A DNA stretch of 64,000 nt, taken from Podospora anserina. Lineage: Eukaryota. The DNA lies in the NCBI GenBank assembly GCA_017654855.1, contig CM030337.1, forward strand, positions 2,356,001-2,420,000, given 5' to 3'. How positions within the stretch are numbered: the stretch's first letter is position 1; every line of letters starts with the position of its first letter. The notes beneath the pieces were generated by a model that did not search any database, was not told where the DNA came from, and saw only the letters and a list, made by a program, of their open reading frames with translations. Shown here piece after piece: positions 1-11,823 of this stretch. Made by a program: the position numbers and the translations under genes.

Positions 1-1400
1 AGTTCAGCAGTTCTGCGTACATGAACATTCCGATGGACATTGCAATACTTAGAAGGCATGCTGTATACAATCTAGCTTCTGGGTTCCAGTCACTGCACAA
101 GCCAGAAGAATCTGGCCTTTTTATGAACTGACGGAGAAGACTGAACCTGGGTTGTTCAGTGACATATTTGCGGTAGAGTCGTTCTTGGAAAGGGTAACAA
201 AGATTTCCGAGACCCGCACCGACGACGGTTGCCAGCATTACAAGGCCAGCCTGTCGCGGTGTGAACGAATATGTCGTTTCAAATGTGAGAGGCACTGACA
301 CATAGAACCTATAATCCAGTCGTCAGCAGTGTCAGCCAGCTGCCTGGTATCATTATTGGCTTCTCACATGAAGAGCAGCGCCCAGCTGAAAGAGATCCAC
401 ATACTGAACCAGAATACGACTGGCTCAGTAAAGAGTAGATCTGTCAAGTCTCCGATTAGGTTCCAAGATACTATTCCGGACAGAGCCAACTTACAAAACG
501 GTCTGGTTAGACTGATTCGAATCATTTGCTTCAGGGTGGCACGCTCTTCTTCCTCTTTCACCTTCCAAGTGATGCGAGGTGTCGACAGCTTTTCATTGCA
601 CGGGGCCAAGTCAGCCGAATTGAGGATCTTTGCCCTTCTACTCAAGAGCAGTGGTCCGCGGCATTCCTGAAAGAAAAAGAAAATCAGGGCCATGAGAAGG
701 GCGTTGGCAATCAGCTGGTGCCAGTAGATCCAGCGCCAACCCAAGGGTTCAACTACGAAGTTTGACGCCAGCTGGCCTATTCCGCCTGAGAAGGATGCTG
801 TTGCGAACAACGACATTGGCATACCACGCTCGTGGGGCTGGTAAATGTCTGCGATAATGCCTCCAACCATGGTGCTGAATGTGCTGGCACCAACACCTTG
901 AAAGAACCTGGTAATCAGGAGTCCCGAAAGATTGTTAACAACAGGAATAAGCAGGGTACAAACTGACATCCGATCGACGTGCATTAGCGTCACAACTGTC
1001 ACTCGGGGGATGGGTCCGCTAGCTACCTACGGATGTAGAGTCCATATGTACTCAAGAAGACAGGTTTCCGGCCAACAAATTCGCTGAAAGGAGCCAGAAC
1101 CATTGGCGCTGCAGCAAAGGCTGTTTGAAACGTAGGCATGCCGACAAGGACTACAGTGCGAGATGACCCATATTCGGCGGCGATGGAGCTAACCCCAGAA
1201 ACGTATGCGGAGATGGAATATGCAGCCATGAATGTTGTGAGAATACTGAGGCCAGCTACAAAATGCTTTTCTTGGGCTGGCCATTTGGTGGGGTCTCTGA
1301 TTTTCTGAACGGCTTTCTCATGCTGATCTGAGAGAGGTGTGTCCCAAGTCAAGTACCTCAATGTGGTTTCCCGACTTGAGGTTTGGTTTGGCTGATACAT
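1..1400 (-). CDS. MFS multidrug (DHA1-type) transporter, multi-exon, 3' end runs off the window
   Basis: ATG at 1400. ORFs 1023-1586 and 364-1002 give DPTKWP, LAPFSEFVGRKPVFL, LITRFFQGVGAS..VGGIIADIY..ERG, LGWRWIYW and LFTEPVV, all typical DHA1 motifs. Introns lie between the ORF segments. Confidence 0.9.
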
Positions 1401-1910
1401 CTTATACTTTGGCGGGGTTGAACATGCTGCAGCAACACTGTTGGCTTGGAGTAGGGCAGGATGGATGCCACCTCTGCATTTTTGAGGTAGCGGGGCCTTG
1501 TTCTTCTTGCCTTTAATCTTTGCATTCCACACACATGAGACACAGGCATGCTGGCAAGGCTCTGGAGCACGTGCCACACCGGTCAAAGCAGTCGGAGGGC
1601 AACATCCCGCGATTGCTTATCTCGTGGTTGCACTGCAGTTGCACCGCTTCCAACTTGTGGCACCCAAACCATCGCTGGAAAGGCTTTCTTCATCGCGCAA
1701 AATGAAGAGTGTCTGTCCGATTGGAATTAACAGGCCAAGGTTGCCGAAATATAAGACCGCGGACCACTTCTCGATGACAGACTTAGGGTATGTAATCCAA
1801 ATGTTTCTCTTCTCCGGACAACCCCACCCCACGCGGGCTGTGACGAATCTCCAGACACGGAATAAGACGATCCCATTCCACCGATGAACCACTGTTACAG
1901 GCAGCTTCCC

Positions 1911-4643
1911 ATGCGTGATTTTTTGGGACCCAGCGATGCACCACAGATCCCCTTCGAGGATGACCCGTTCGCTTACCTCCCATTTGATGTTCAAGATGAA
2001 GGGGTAGCTTTCGATTTAAATCCTGCCTCTTACGAATATGATTTCCCCCCTATTCACGCCACAAGCGACGCCACGAATGTGCCAATTAGCGGATTGGCAT
2101 TTCCTATCAACATCGCTTCACCGCCCTCACCGCTTCCCGAACATCCGGTTCCGAACCAGGGCTTGGGAGACTCACTCCGTTCCCAGAACTTTCTAATACC
2201 TGCAGTAAATTATTCGGGTGCCGTCTCCAATCCATTTGCGATTTCCTTGGGCATGAATGACGCAAACACTTATATATCGGTTTCCGGACAGCGGCGTGAA
2301 TCCGAGCCACGGTATTTGGTCCCAAATGAGACTCATACCCAGGACAACTTCATCCCTTGTATGGGCCTCCAATTGGATATCCCAGGTAGTGGAACGGTCT
2401 TCCTTCCCGAAGAAGACCCCGATCGGTATGACCTCGAGGAAGTTTTCAGCATGTTCTACCAAGGGAACAGAAACCTTCAGAGAATGTCGCCGCAGCTCAT
2501 TGAAGCGACCCTGGGCATCCCACCAGACTCTAATGATTCCCAACACCTGATATGTTCCCAGGACAATGAGCGTCAGTCGGACCAGGACTCAGCCACTCTC
2601 GACGCCCTTTCCGCGCAGCCGCAGATACCATCAAGCCCTTCTACACTAGCACAGTCGCCAGATGCTTTATCGGAACCTGCTACAAGCCTCTCGGCACCTC
2701 AGAGAGACCGTGGCATCCCTTTCACTTCTAGACCCAGACTTCTGGTGGCTCCTCCGGGCTTCAGTCATTCGCATATCCTGGTCATTACCAGCAACCCTGA
2801 GTCATTGCCGGCATCGCTGTGGGATGGAGCGCGGCTTGCCGAAATGGAGAAGGACATAAGGTTGAAGGCCTTGGATATCGAATCCCAAATACCAAACAGT
2901 CAAGATAGCAGTTCACGCGATTTCAATCAGAAACGACAGCGAGTCGATAACCAACCCCAGTCCAATAGCACGCAAAAAGTCTCGAAAGCCAGCGGCGTAT
3001 CGACAATAAGCTCCTATCCTGCTCTGTTTCCATGTCCTGCTTCTGTTGCAACTTCAGATCCTCTCCCAAGTGCCATGCTTCACAGCCGTGTTCCTAAGCG
3101 CAAGGCGAATGCCGAACGACAAGCCACTAGTCAAGTCAAGAAGGAGAGCACTTGCTTACTATGCCGAGTAATGAGGGAAAAGGTCTGTACACATACCAAT
3201 ACAAACACTCCCGCCTCCATTTTTGCTCACACGTTTGCAGTGTAGCGATGGCACACCATGCCTACGATGCGTCAGAGTATTGCAGAATGAGAGATCCATA
3301 CTACGTGTGCCATGTCAGCCAGCAACACTAGACGATATTGAGCTTTATAGGCGGCGTGAGTATTTGTGCACCTACGCTCTTGATCGATCGCTAATCCTTT
3401 AGGCACTCAAATCGGTCTTTTCGTTTATTATTACGAGCAGAGCAGCGAATCGGATCTGCCACGGCGCAGCGCGAGTATCGTCGATACCAATCCACTGGAA
3501 TCACAATTAAGTCAAAACTGCCCACTGACGGTCGCTGATACGTTCGCGGTTCATGAGTTTGGTACGTTCCAGCGATTCGCCCCAAATCTTCTGAACGATG
3601 CCAATCGGGAAAGGGAACTCGCCACCCAACATGCACCAACTTCAGAGGACTTGAACAAGAGTGGTGTTCTCGCTCGATACTTGGAGTTGCACTTGGCATC
3701 CATCATCGAGACGCTGGGCACAAACAACAGCTTCATTGCTACTACTCTGAAGGTAGCTGAGAGGTATAGCAGGCCAACAGGGTCGAAGACACGTGTAAGC
3801 TATCCGCACCGAAGTATGTGCGGTTATGCAGAAGCTGACAGTAATTCCCCCTCTGTCCAAAGACAATGTTACGGCATGCTTTGTACATCTTTGCCGCAAG
3901 ATTCCTACGCCGGACCTACTGGGTACAGGTTGATACAGTGACTGAGAACTACAGAGTAGCATGGATGGACGCGCCGTGGCGAGCGTTGCCTGTTTCAACA
4001 CCAAGGTCACTTGCTGAAGCAGAGACTCTCAACAACATACTGAAGGATCACTTGCGCTTCCTGGAGAAGTCCGTCATCCACGCCTTCACCAAGAAGATTT
4101 ATGCTAGGAAAAAGGAGGACTGGTTTGAGATCTTTCTAGTGACCTTCATCTTCCAAGTCATCCTCAGCGAGAATCTCGAGATGAGCTTTTACAGTCATTT
4201 CCCAGGGCTCGTACGTATTCGACTTCTCGTTCAGCTTCTCTACTAACACCACATGAGGATGACAACCTGCTAACCCAGATTAGGAGAAGCCCATCGAGTG
4301 CCCCTGGTCAACGTTTGGAGGGCTTCGAAGCTATTCCTCCAAGAGAATTGCTTCTTACTTTTCCGCAATCAATGGTCGTGATCCATTCTTGAAGCCCGGT
4401 GCTAGAGCATGGGAAGGCTTCGGGGACACCGAGCGCACGTACTTGGATCAGTGCGGGATTCTGTTGAAAGGTGTGCTCCTTTACAATCTTAACCAGGACT
4501 GATCGGATTGCTTACACTGCCTCGCAGAGGGCTATACAAAACGGGATGATTTGGGATTCCGCAGGTCGGCTTCAATGGGAGATGCTGATTCTCCGGGGAG
4601 TTGGTGGAAATGGGCCGTGGAAACGATTCTTGGGAACGGCTAG
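1911..4643 (+). CDS. Zn(II)2Cys6-like transcription factor with an internal zinc cluster, multi-exon
   Basis: Splicing intron 3183-3240 yields CLLCRVMREK|CSDGTPCLRC-x14-C (C-x2-C-x6-C-x5-C-x2-C-x14-C). Long S/P/Q-rich N-terminus; further exons to TAG 4641-4643. The start could be 1884. Confidence 0.7.
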
Positions 4644-4873
4644 CATCTTCATGTGGTGTCTAGTTCTATTCATATACAACCTGTCAAACACTGGGACGAG
4701 CATGCAAAGTCTCTTATTCGCCGTTTGCTAGATGGGACAGGGATAGTGGAGAAGGTGACGTTTCACTTCTTTTTGGGATTGGCCGCCGACATTAACGAGA
4801 TTAACGACTATCGCAGCAACCTCATTGCTATGACTATTATGACTGAATGGCAACGCAGTAGGATGATCGTTTT

Positions 4874-5954
4874 TCATCCATAAAATATCATGGCCCGCGT
4901 CTCAATACTCTCTCTTGGTCGTGCAGCCCCATATCCTCGAAGGTTGGGTTGGATTGCGGCGTGTGGACAAACTGGCCGATATGATCAGTGGCCAATCGTT
5001 GGTTACTGAAACATCCATCCTTACTTACCTCTGGAGCTGGTATCATCCGAATCAAAGATCTTGAATAGCAGCAGCTCATTCTGCGACTGTTTGTCAAGAA
5101 AGTACCATTTATGGGCCGAGGATCGGTGGACTTGTAGCGTTTCCGCGACGTTGTTCGGAAATACCGTGTCGGAAGGTATTATATCTTCCTCGATGTCAAT
5201 GGTTCTGGCATCGCACAACCCCAACGGCCAGTCCTCGAGGTCAGAGAAGAACGGCCGCCATGAGCTTCGAGTTGGAGATAGGTCAGCACCACATGGATGG
5301 CATGATCATGAGTGAGGCACCTGACTTTATGATCTGCATCCTCCCAGAAAGCAATTGCTCGTCGAGGTTATGTTGCCGGACAATGTACACAGCTCTCTCG
5401 ATCGCGCTGGCTGGAGAGGAGTCTGCCCAGAGGATTAGCTCCACCTCTGGAGATCATCCAACTATCACTCACCAACATGGACACCACGGACAGGCTGCTC
5501 CAAGCTTGACTTCTCCCCGATGTTGCCCGGAAATTCGCGGTTCCTCTTCCGAGTCTTGGGTTGATCAGGATGTGCTGAACTGCTGACAGAAGACACTGCG
5601 TCCAACACGTACCTCTACATCAAAGACGACGACTTTCTTGGCCTCGAATCTTTCTGTCAGAAACGCTTCCATTTCCTGAATGTAGCGCTGCTCGATCTCG
5701 CTGCCGGACTTCACGCTCTCATAATTGAACTGGTCATCCAGGGTCTGTTCCGCCACCTCGAAGCCATTTTCGTCGAGGCTGAATGTTGCTACCTCGCTTC
5801 TAATGTTGGTGACGGTGATATCGGCTGGGATATGGACGTGATTAGTTGAGGAATTTCCTTGCAAAAACTCCGGTGGGAGGCAGCAGAAATACGGCTTTTC
5901 GTTTTTGTATGGTGGCTTGTCAAGGTAGACCACTGTTGCTATTGCTGTCTCCAT
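4874..5954 (-). CDS. AsaB/CmcJ-like hydroxylase/desaturase (often annotated methyltransferase-like), multi-exon
   Basis: Motifs YKNEKPY, FSLDENGF, WRPF..LEDWPLGLCDART, HKWYFLDKQ..ELLLFKIFDSD and, after the last intron, CPHAA...PRESIETRAMIFYG*. Confidence 0.8.
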
Positions 5955-6766
5955 GTTGTATATCAAAACATCAATCTCTAGAAGATTGTGTTGAGAATGA
6001 TGATAACCACCAACGCATCAACGATTCGACAAACGAAACAGCACAAAGACCCAACTACCAAGCAGAGCCGCATATTACCTAAAGCCTTCGGCAGCCCTCC
6101 GTGGAGAAAGCTATTGATGGCGTTCTCGTGGGGTAATCCCACACTTGTTCAATAACCGGGTGCCAAGCCGTCGTGGTTTCAACCGAGTGGTGTCAGGAAG
6201 ATACCCCATGCAACTCTTATTGGCTTCCAGGCAGGTTTCCCCCATGTAGGGAGTTTCTTGGCGTTGCTGCACCCTTCACCAATGCTGCAGGTATCCCTCG
6301 TTAAATATATCTGTTATAATCCTTGGGCCTACTGGTCTTTGACGCTAGACTGCAAGATTGTCGTCATCACCAACCATCAAGACAAGGCTCTGAAGACGGC
6401 AAATCATAGCACTGCCGGACACACCCTTCTAATGAAAAAATCGCTCACGAGACAGCATGGTGGTGCAGCCGGTGAGCAGTGTTGATCGGCGAGTTGTGTG
6501 AGGTCGCAGCCTGACATGTGTGGGTTCCCCGCTTTAGGGGTTCCAAACTACTGTCACTGGCGTGAAGGATTGCTCAAAGGGACGACATGTGAAGACCTTC
6601 TGCGGGCTTTGGAGGGTGTTGATCTGTAGATTTATAGACACCAGGTTGTGAGATTTAGTGCCCTCTTTTCTCCTCCTTCTGCTCGCATGAATCGATGCAT
6701 TAAACATCTCTATCGCCAAAGCCAGACTACAGCTTCTCAAATCCGTATACAAAGAGCCAATTCAAC

Positions 6767-7038
6767 ATGGGCTTCATCGCCACAGGTACTCTCCCATTGC
6801 CTCCTTGTCACTGCACCGCTGCTTCTCAACGCTAACACCAAGCCCTCGGTCACCAGAGGAACAGAAACAGCCATGGAAGAACTTTGCCCAGACCGGGGGA
6901 AGTAATGCCTCTTACGAGAAGCATCAGCTCTACCTCCAGACCTCCGGAGGCAGACCCTGGAATGAGTGGCTGAAGGAGTACAAGGGGATTGTCGCTGCTC
7001 CGAGGACTCCGGCACCGCCTCCTGTCTCCGATGACTAA
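6767..7038 (+). CDS. Small two-exon orphan protein (66 aa)
   Basis: CAACATGG start context; intron 6786-6856 (GTACTC...GCTAAC...CAG) joins MGFIAT to EEQKQPWKNF...PPPVSDD* in frame. Confidence 0.5.
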
Positions 7039-8195
7039 TCAACGATGAGTGAAAGGGGGTTAAGGGAAGAGCGGAGTATTGTGTTTTTGTGCACTTTGCA
7101 CTTTGCCAGTCTGCTATACAGCCTTCTGGCGTGATACTACGGTCAATTTAACAAGTCTTTCTATGCCATTCTCCGAGCGTGATATGAAAATGAAACAAAT
7201 TTGCCTTCAAAATATTGAACCTCTCTCGTCATGACAAAGAGTCCACTAGCGACCATCAGCAAAATGGCATCAAACCGGTGCCCGGTCCCGCCCTGCTCCG
7301 CATGTCGCCACTTCTCGGCCCCACATCCCCGGAGTTGTGGGTCACCAAACGACACCATTCCTCGGCCCCACATGCCTAGGCAGCCAAAAACCCGGCCGAA
7401 AAGCCGGCAGGCGAACAAAGCTCTCCCGGCCGCCACCTCTCCGCCGCCAACACAAATTACCTCCCTCTTCCACTCCACCAAAGAAAACAGGAATTGTCTC
7501 CCGACCTCATCCATTTGTTGTCACCTTTGCTTCGCCTGCACTTAGCTCCAGCATTTTTGCTTTTCCTGCCCCTTCATCTCGACAAGATATCACTTTTGCC
7601 TAACGGGTCGACTCTCCATGCTGACAAATGGTAACAGGCGGTGCTAGTTCAAGAAGGCAGCCCCTATGAACTTGTTCCCTCGTCGGGCAGAGGTTGAATT
7701 GGGCTGAGGTTGAAGCGTTCACAAAGCAGATGAGAGCCAGTGATGTCCTCACCACCAGCTGGTTCGCTTGAGCGATATGCCATTCTATAATTTGTGGTGG
7801 GTGTTTGGGGATGGTGTGATTATGATACGTTTGGCTTAAAACATGGACTTGTGGGCATGCAAGAGTTCTTCCTTGCCGACTCGTATGGGAGGGTTGGGAG
7901 TTCTTTCACAATTTTCCAGTCGAATGGGGGGGAACAAACAGGGTGGTGTTTAATGTAAAGGGCGGGGTGGTTTGGTGGGCTTGTCGGGTCGATTATGGGG
8001 TCTTGAAGGGGATATATCTGTCATGGTATCCTGCTTGGATGGCTTCCTTTGTTAGATAAGGTTGATGGCTTGGTGGTATAAGTTAATTCCACTGTCTGGC
8101 TTGCTAGCTCCGCATATGGTGACTCACTAACATGTTTCACTCTACATGACATACCGTGTCTCTTCTCCCTATCGCATAGAGCCTTAGCCCACATC

Positions 8196-8618
8196 CGGTG
8201 TCGTCGATGGGATGAGATGGTCTCATCTCATCTTATAACACGAGACCGTAGGAGGAGACAAATAAGCCAAAACGAACCCCCCGTCTCATCTTACGTCTCA
8301 TGGGACGAAGGTTATCTTTCTGAGGCTTTTTCAGAGGCTTTTTTGGCCACCAACAACATAATAATGTTTGGAATTTTCTTCATGGGAACGTTGTGTGGAT
8401 TCCCAGTAAGGTTGGTAGCTGGGTAAGGGTGAGGTCGGTGGCCTGGGTGAGGGTGAGGGTGAGGGTTGCGGCTCCGTGGCCAATAACGCTGCCGAGATCT
8501 TAGGCCGGAAGAGCCACTGGAGGTCTTATAAACCGGTAAGATGAGATAAATCGTAAGGGCAGTGGGATGAGCCGACACGAGGGCCATCTTATCTTATCTC
8601 ATCTCATTGGCCATCCTG
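8196..8618. mobile_element. Degenerate hAT-like MITE / deletion derivative
   Basis: Left end cggtgtcgtcgatgggatgagat versus reverse complement of right end caggatggccaatgagatgagat. Multiple TCTCATC subterminal repeats. Flanked by near-identical cccacatc (8188-8195) and cccgcatc (8620-8627). Confidence 0.5.
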
Positions 8619-9355
8619 CCCCGCATCCAACATCAAACCATTTAAACTCTGGCAGATATTGATGCGTGACTTGCAGGGATGTGTCGTGGATGATACTCGG
8701 GATGGGGTTTGTGCGGCAGGTTTGACTCCCCGTGTTATCTTTGGGAGGCTTGAGGGAGGAAACGTCAAACAAGTATTGTGATCATTCTCTTGGGGAAGCG
8801 CAGTAAGGTTTTGCGGCATAAGGAAAATTCATGGGCATTTTATTTCAGATGTAAGTCATATTACAACGAACGAGCTTTTGAAGGGGTGTGTGATGTCCAG
8901 CTGTTTAGAGGGGAAGCATAGGGTTGTGGTTAGGCTAATGCTTGTCCTGGAATTGAACCAGGGAAAAAGGCGTGACAAACATGATAACTGCCGTCAGGAC
9001 ACTCTCAAAGTTGCTATGACCGACGGTGGTCCCCGATGAAACGAAACTCCATAGAAAACGTCAACAGTTTTCAACGGCCCGATTGCGTGGCATCACATTG
9101 ACTTGGTCAGGTATTCAAATATGGGTAGAGTAGCGCCATGGAGACGACCACATCCAGTCTGAGAAAACCTTACGGCACAAGGGCAATAAATCATTTTTGT
9201 CCAGCCGTAAAACTTTCTCTCACGACATCTTAAATTCTCTTTTCCAGTCACCAACACGACCTGGTCAAATCCAAACCCATAATTCGACCCTTACATCCAT
9301 CCACAGGCATCCTCAGCCAAACCGACACCCCAAAGAACAAAACCTAGATCAATCA

Positions 9356-9714
9356 ATGGGTTCCGCCTCTGAAACCCTCCCAGTCGGCGAAAGAGTAGCT
9401 CTAAATAAGCTAGAGCGGATCGACAAGAAAATAGATGAGGCTCAAAGATCTCTCGACAGGAGCTTCTTTTTTCTGCAACTGTGTCTCAATGGACAAAATA
9501 CCGAGAATTGGGATCAAGAGGTGCGTACGCTCTTCTTTTACCTGCCCATCAACTGGATTTCCCTTCTTTAAAGGCTAATCTACTGCAGGGGCTGATCGTC
9601 CGGCATGCCTGGGCGAGCAGACGCATCTTGCAGCTCCGAGATGACCGTGAGAGGGCGGAGGGTGAATTGAGAGATGTTCGGAGAACGGCTGCTGAGGGGA
9701 ACGACAGGCAGTGA
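9356..9714 (+). CDS. Small two-exon coiled-coil orphan protein (96 aa)
   Basis: Intron 9521-9588 (GTGCGT...GCTAAT...CAG, phase 0) joins MGSASE...NWDQE to GLIVRH...GNDRQ*. Confidence 0.6.
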
Positions 9715-9937
9715 ATCGGATGTGGTTTTGGAGATGGTTTATTTGGGATGGAAGGTCTATGGTATCTTTTCTTGGGGGCAAGGGAACGAAAAATGAAGCG
9801 GGGCACATCTTCCAAAACTTCGGGCTTGCGATCTGCGATACCATTGTTTGGGAACGCGCAGGTATGCGCCACAAATGAAGCTGAGCCAATCAATATCGTT
9901 GGGGTCTTGAGATGATTTCAGTGAAGTTGCTGGATTA

Positions 9938-10328
9938 GGGCGCGATCTTTTGGCCTGCAAAATGGGCCTTCAGAACGCTTTTCTGAACTGACTTTCAGAG
10001 CCAGGCCATGGCCAGCTTGCCAGCAGTTGATCCACCTGTTCAGAAAGGCTATCTAGAAGCCGTAATCTTTTACGTAGTAGCTAGTGGTGGTGGCTGAAGT
10101 GTAAATAAGGCCCTGTAAGGCCCTACGTAGTAGGTGTGGTGGGTTTGATGGGCGCTGTGGGTGCGTTTAGAAAGCCTCGTCTGAATAGATTCACAGCGAA
10201 AATGGTCTGAATATATCTAGACTGAAAGTAAAATAGCTGCTGAATTATTTCAGGGAAAAAAGATTACATTTCTGAATAGTTCAGAATGAATAGATTCAGT
10301 AGGAATTTTGGGCCAAAAGATCGCGCCC
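9938..10328. mobile_element. PIF/Harbinger-type MITE (391 bp)
   Basis: Perfect 18-bp TIR gggcgcgatcttttggcc (9938-9955 / 10311-10328). TTA target duplication at 9935-9937 and 10329-10331. No coding capacity. Confidence 0.8.
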
Positions 10329-11823
10329 TTATATGTGGAATCATCTTTGTTACCATCCCCTTAATACATCCATCAAACAGACCATTATCACCTCAAGTCA
10401 GTCAAAGCTCCGAAAGAAATGCTCGAGACAGCAGCACCTTTTCAAATCATGTAGAATAAAGCCTGAAGAACGATCTAACGAACAGACAAGGTGTTGAAAA
10501 TATGGTTTGGGCGTGATGATCAAAGTTTATCGGAATAAAGGGATACGTCGTTCGGAAAACCTTATGGGCGCACATTTGAAGAGAATTTCTCGTACAAATA
10601 TTCCGCCCTTAGACGCAACATGTCGATCTTCTTTCTCACGGATGCATGACGTTAATCCACCCCTACCCGTTACCAAATCCGGCTTTCCTCAACCCATCCC
10701 CACCTTTCCCAAACGACACCCATATTTGGACAGCGATGCCATGGCCGAGCTCCAACTGGCATATCGCGCAACATTGGTTGTGTTTACACACTCGCAAATC
10801 TTGCATGGTTCTCTGAGTTTTTATTTTCTAGACTTGGATTTTGTGGACACAAAGCTTTACTTGACACACTCAGAAGTCAATATCACCAATGTCCACAGAA
10901 AGCAGACACATATCTCGCATTATCGTTGCTATCTTATTCACTTCTTCATCCAGCCAGCCTCATGCTGTGACATTTTATTTTCTTCTCAAATTTTTTACTG
11001 TGGCTATCGTGTAAGATATTCTTGTTTGAGTTTCTACACAGATTTACAAAGATTTTCCCCCCTTCTCCAGTCCCAGCTATCCGCAATTGGCATAGATTGC
11101 CACTCTCTAAATTTTGCTGAAGTCTGAGCTATAAACAAGAACTCCCAATTGACTTCAACTAGCCTTGATCTTGTCCTCAGCTTACTATCCCAAGATATTT
11201 CCTTTTCTCCCAACTCTCTTCACTTTCACGTCCCTAGCCTCAGTCTCAGCAAAGCTCCGTCGCCATGTCCTCAAATCTAAGAACCTCCCCACTGTCTTCC
11301 AGTAACAGAAGAAAGATGATATTGTCGGAATCCTCTGTTGTCTTTAAGGTAATAGTCATCAGGACGGCACCAAAACTGGCAGCTCTCCAGAGCTCTGGCA
11401 TCTTGGGAAAGGCCTGTAGCTGTCTGGACAAAGACAACCTCGCCGCGAGGATACAGAGATGACTACCACAGACCCTGGTCACAGTTTTATCTGCCTCGGT
11501 CTTTCTGTCTTTACTGATATCTGGAAGTCGGAGAGATAGACGCCGGGTGGTGAGCAGAAACCGAAAAGACTGCAGTGTAGAGTTGTAGGTCTCCACATCT
11601 CCACATAATGGCGTGGGAAGGTCGAAAATGTTCAGCACCAGCTCATCATATCATGACAGGACCATTCAACATCCATCTAATAATCGTGATTACGAGACGC
11701 ATACTTCCAGCAAGGTTTCTGCCAGAACGACAGGAAATCGACTGGGCATCATTGGAAAACCAAAACAATCAGCACTATGCTAGCAATACATGCCATGTGC
11801 TTTCAAAAAGACAAAAACTGTAT

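Noticed and set aside
8445-8467. Telomere-like (GGGTGA)n tract
   Set aside because: Only about three units, not TTAGGG, and it lies inside the putative MITE.
10507-11700. ORFs 10507-11127 (+) and 11246-11638 (-)
   Set aside because: No recognisable motifs or clean splice model; at best a decayed gene.
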